From: Octopus vulgaris
Lineage: Eukaryota
Direction: 5' to 3'
Length of the DNA: 64,000 nucleotides
NCBI GenBank assembly: GCA_951406725.2
Contig: OX597815.1
Coordinates: 187,426,001-187,490,000 of the forward strand
Positions 63,287 to 64,000 of this stretch are shown in pieces; within the stretch, counting starts at the first letter, position 1; each line of letters starts with the position of its first letter. Position numbers and translations under genes: made by a program. The notes below the pieces were generated by a model. That model searched no databases. It was not told where the DNA came from and worked only from the letters and a program-made list of their open reading frames with translations.

Positions 63287-63740
63287 AGGTAGTGAGCTGG
63301 TAGAATCGTTAACATGCTGGATGAAATGCTTAGCGCTATTTCTCCATTGCTACGTTCTGAGTTCAAATTCTGCCATGGTCAACTTTGCCCTTCATCCTAT
63401 CGAGGTTGATAAATTAAGTACCTATTTCTTTACTACCCACAAGGGCTAAACATAGAGAGGACAAACAAGTGGGTTAAGTTGATAATTCGACCCCAGTGCA
63501 TAACTGGTACTTAATTTATTGACCCCGAAAGGATGAAAGGCAAAGTCAACCTCGGTGGAATTTGAACTCAGAACGTAGCGGCAGACGAAATACCGCTCAG
63601 CATTTCGCCCAGCGTGCTACCGATTCTGCCAGCTCACCGCCTTTGATAAATTAAGTACCAGTGAAACACTGGGGTCGATGAAATTTACTCATCTCCTCCC
63701 GCCAAATGACTATCCTTGTGGCAAAATTTGAAACCATTAT
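63287..63740 (+). mobile_element. SINE B2 host interrupted by an antisense B1
   Basis: The head and core span 63287-63422 and the 3' part spans 63643-63740. Confidence 0.85.
63423..63642 (-). mobile_element. SINE family B1 with a perfect 17-bp TSD
   Basis: ttgataaattaagtacc at 63406-63422 and 63643-63659. Confidence 0.93.
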
Positions 63741-64000
63741 TGTTGTTGTTACTCTTCTGATAAATAATAATGGCATTGATTGCAGTGGCGTTGAAGGTGG
63801 AAACAGTAATGCCAATGAGAGAGTCTCTATATGGTCACTCAGCATGCTAGACATGATTGCCAAGTCTCCCTCAAGTTACACCATATCATCTTAAAACAAA
63901 AAACCAAAAAAATAACACAATGCAATATGTTAGAAAAGAATGACCAAAAAATATTTGAGACATTTCTACATTGGTGTTGGCATACGTAGAGTTAAATGAA

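Overview
Very AT-rich eukaryotic DNA with no protein-coding gene that I can support; it reads as intergenic or deep-intronic sequence. The repeat families resemble those of octopus (coleoid cephalopod) genomes, but that assignment rests on recognition and was not checked against a database. The long ORFs in the track are microsatellite, minisatellite or SINE artefacts. Real content: (1) tRNA-headed SINE families, here labelled A, B1/B2 and F, plus an RTE-tailed element C, in dozens of copies, several nested with clear target-site duplications (TSDs). (2) Two internally deleted piggyBac elements with transposase N-terminal remnants, two TTAA-flanked MITE families (D, E), hAT and pogo-like MITEs, and a Helentron/HINE-like element. 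(3) Decayed RTE, R4/Dong-like and possibly Penelope and hAT coding fossils. (4) Three large tandem arrays. Most notable: several Penelope-type minimal hammerhead ribozyme motifs, including a ~360 bp palindromic element combining a tRNA B-box remnant with a hammerhead on each strand; a ~29-copy array of only the 3' terminal 20 nt of element C; a three-template mosaic duplication; and repeated antisense nesting of one SINE subfamily in another. Family labels A-H are my own and most element boundaries are approximate.
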